From Octopus sinensis (Eukaryota), in NCBI RefSeq assembly GCF_006345805.1, contig NC_043007.1, positions 33,232,001-33,296,000 of the forward strand: a DNA stretch of 64,000 bases, given 5' to 3'. A model generated the notes under the pieces. It made no database searches, was not told where the DNA came from, and was given only the letters and a program-made list of their open reading frames with translations. Position numbers and translations under genes: made by a program. Below are positions 63,897 through 64,000 of this stretch, in pieces (within the stretch, counting starts at the first letter, position 1; every line of letters begins with the position of its first letter).

Positions 63897-64000
63897 CGAC
63901 GGGCTTCTTTCAATTTCCGTCTACCAAATCCACTCACAAGGCTTTGGTCGGCGCCCGAGGCTATAGTAGAAGACACTTGCCCAAGATGCCCCAAGATGCC
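63651..64000 (-). mobile_element. SINE family A, running off the window end
   Basis: Reverse complement of the family A 3' and central parts. Confidence 0.9.

Overview
AT-rich, extremely repeat-dense eukaryotic DNA. The repeat content (tRNA-derived SINEs, RTE/CR1 LINE fossils, very long (TA)n/(CAT)n/(GATA)n arrays) points to an octopus (cephalopod) genome; this is inferred from repeat recognition, not a search. A 100-N scaffold gap lies at 34002-34101. None of the supplied ORFs is a credible intact gene: most are microsatellite or SINE translations, and three are transposon remnants. Supported content: four SINE-type families; degenerate RTE and CR1-type reverse-transcriptase fragments; Tc1/mariner and piggyBac transposase fossils; many MITEs (TTAA/piggyBac-type, TA/Tc1-type, 8-bp-TSD type, one carrying TTAGGG repeats); six non-autonomous Helitrons; and a few weak candidate host exons. 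The most interesting signal is a dispersed set of short (~150-250 bp) ORF-less elements, mostly abutting (TA)n tracts, that carry minimal type-I hammerhead-ribozyme motifs of the Penelope-like-element kind. The best copies are at 21397-21465 and 61823-61855. Several copies form head-to-head palindromes, including a ~420-bp spacerless palindrome at 30952-31372. All alignments and folds were done by eye, and boundaries of degenerate repeats are approximate.
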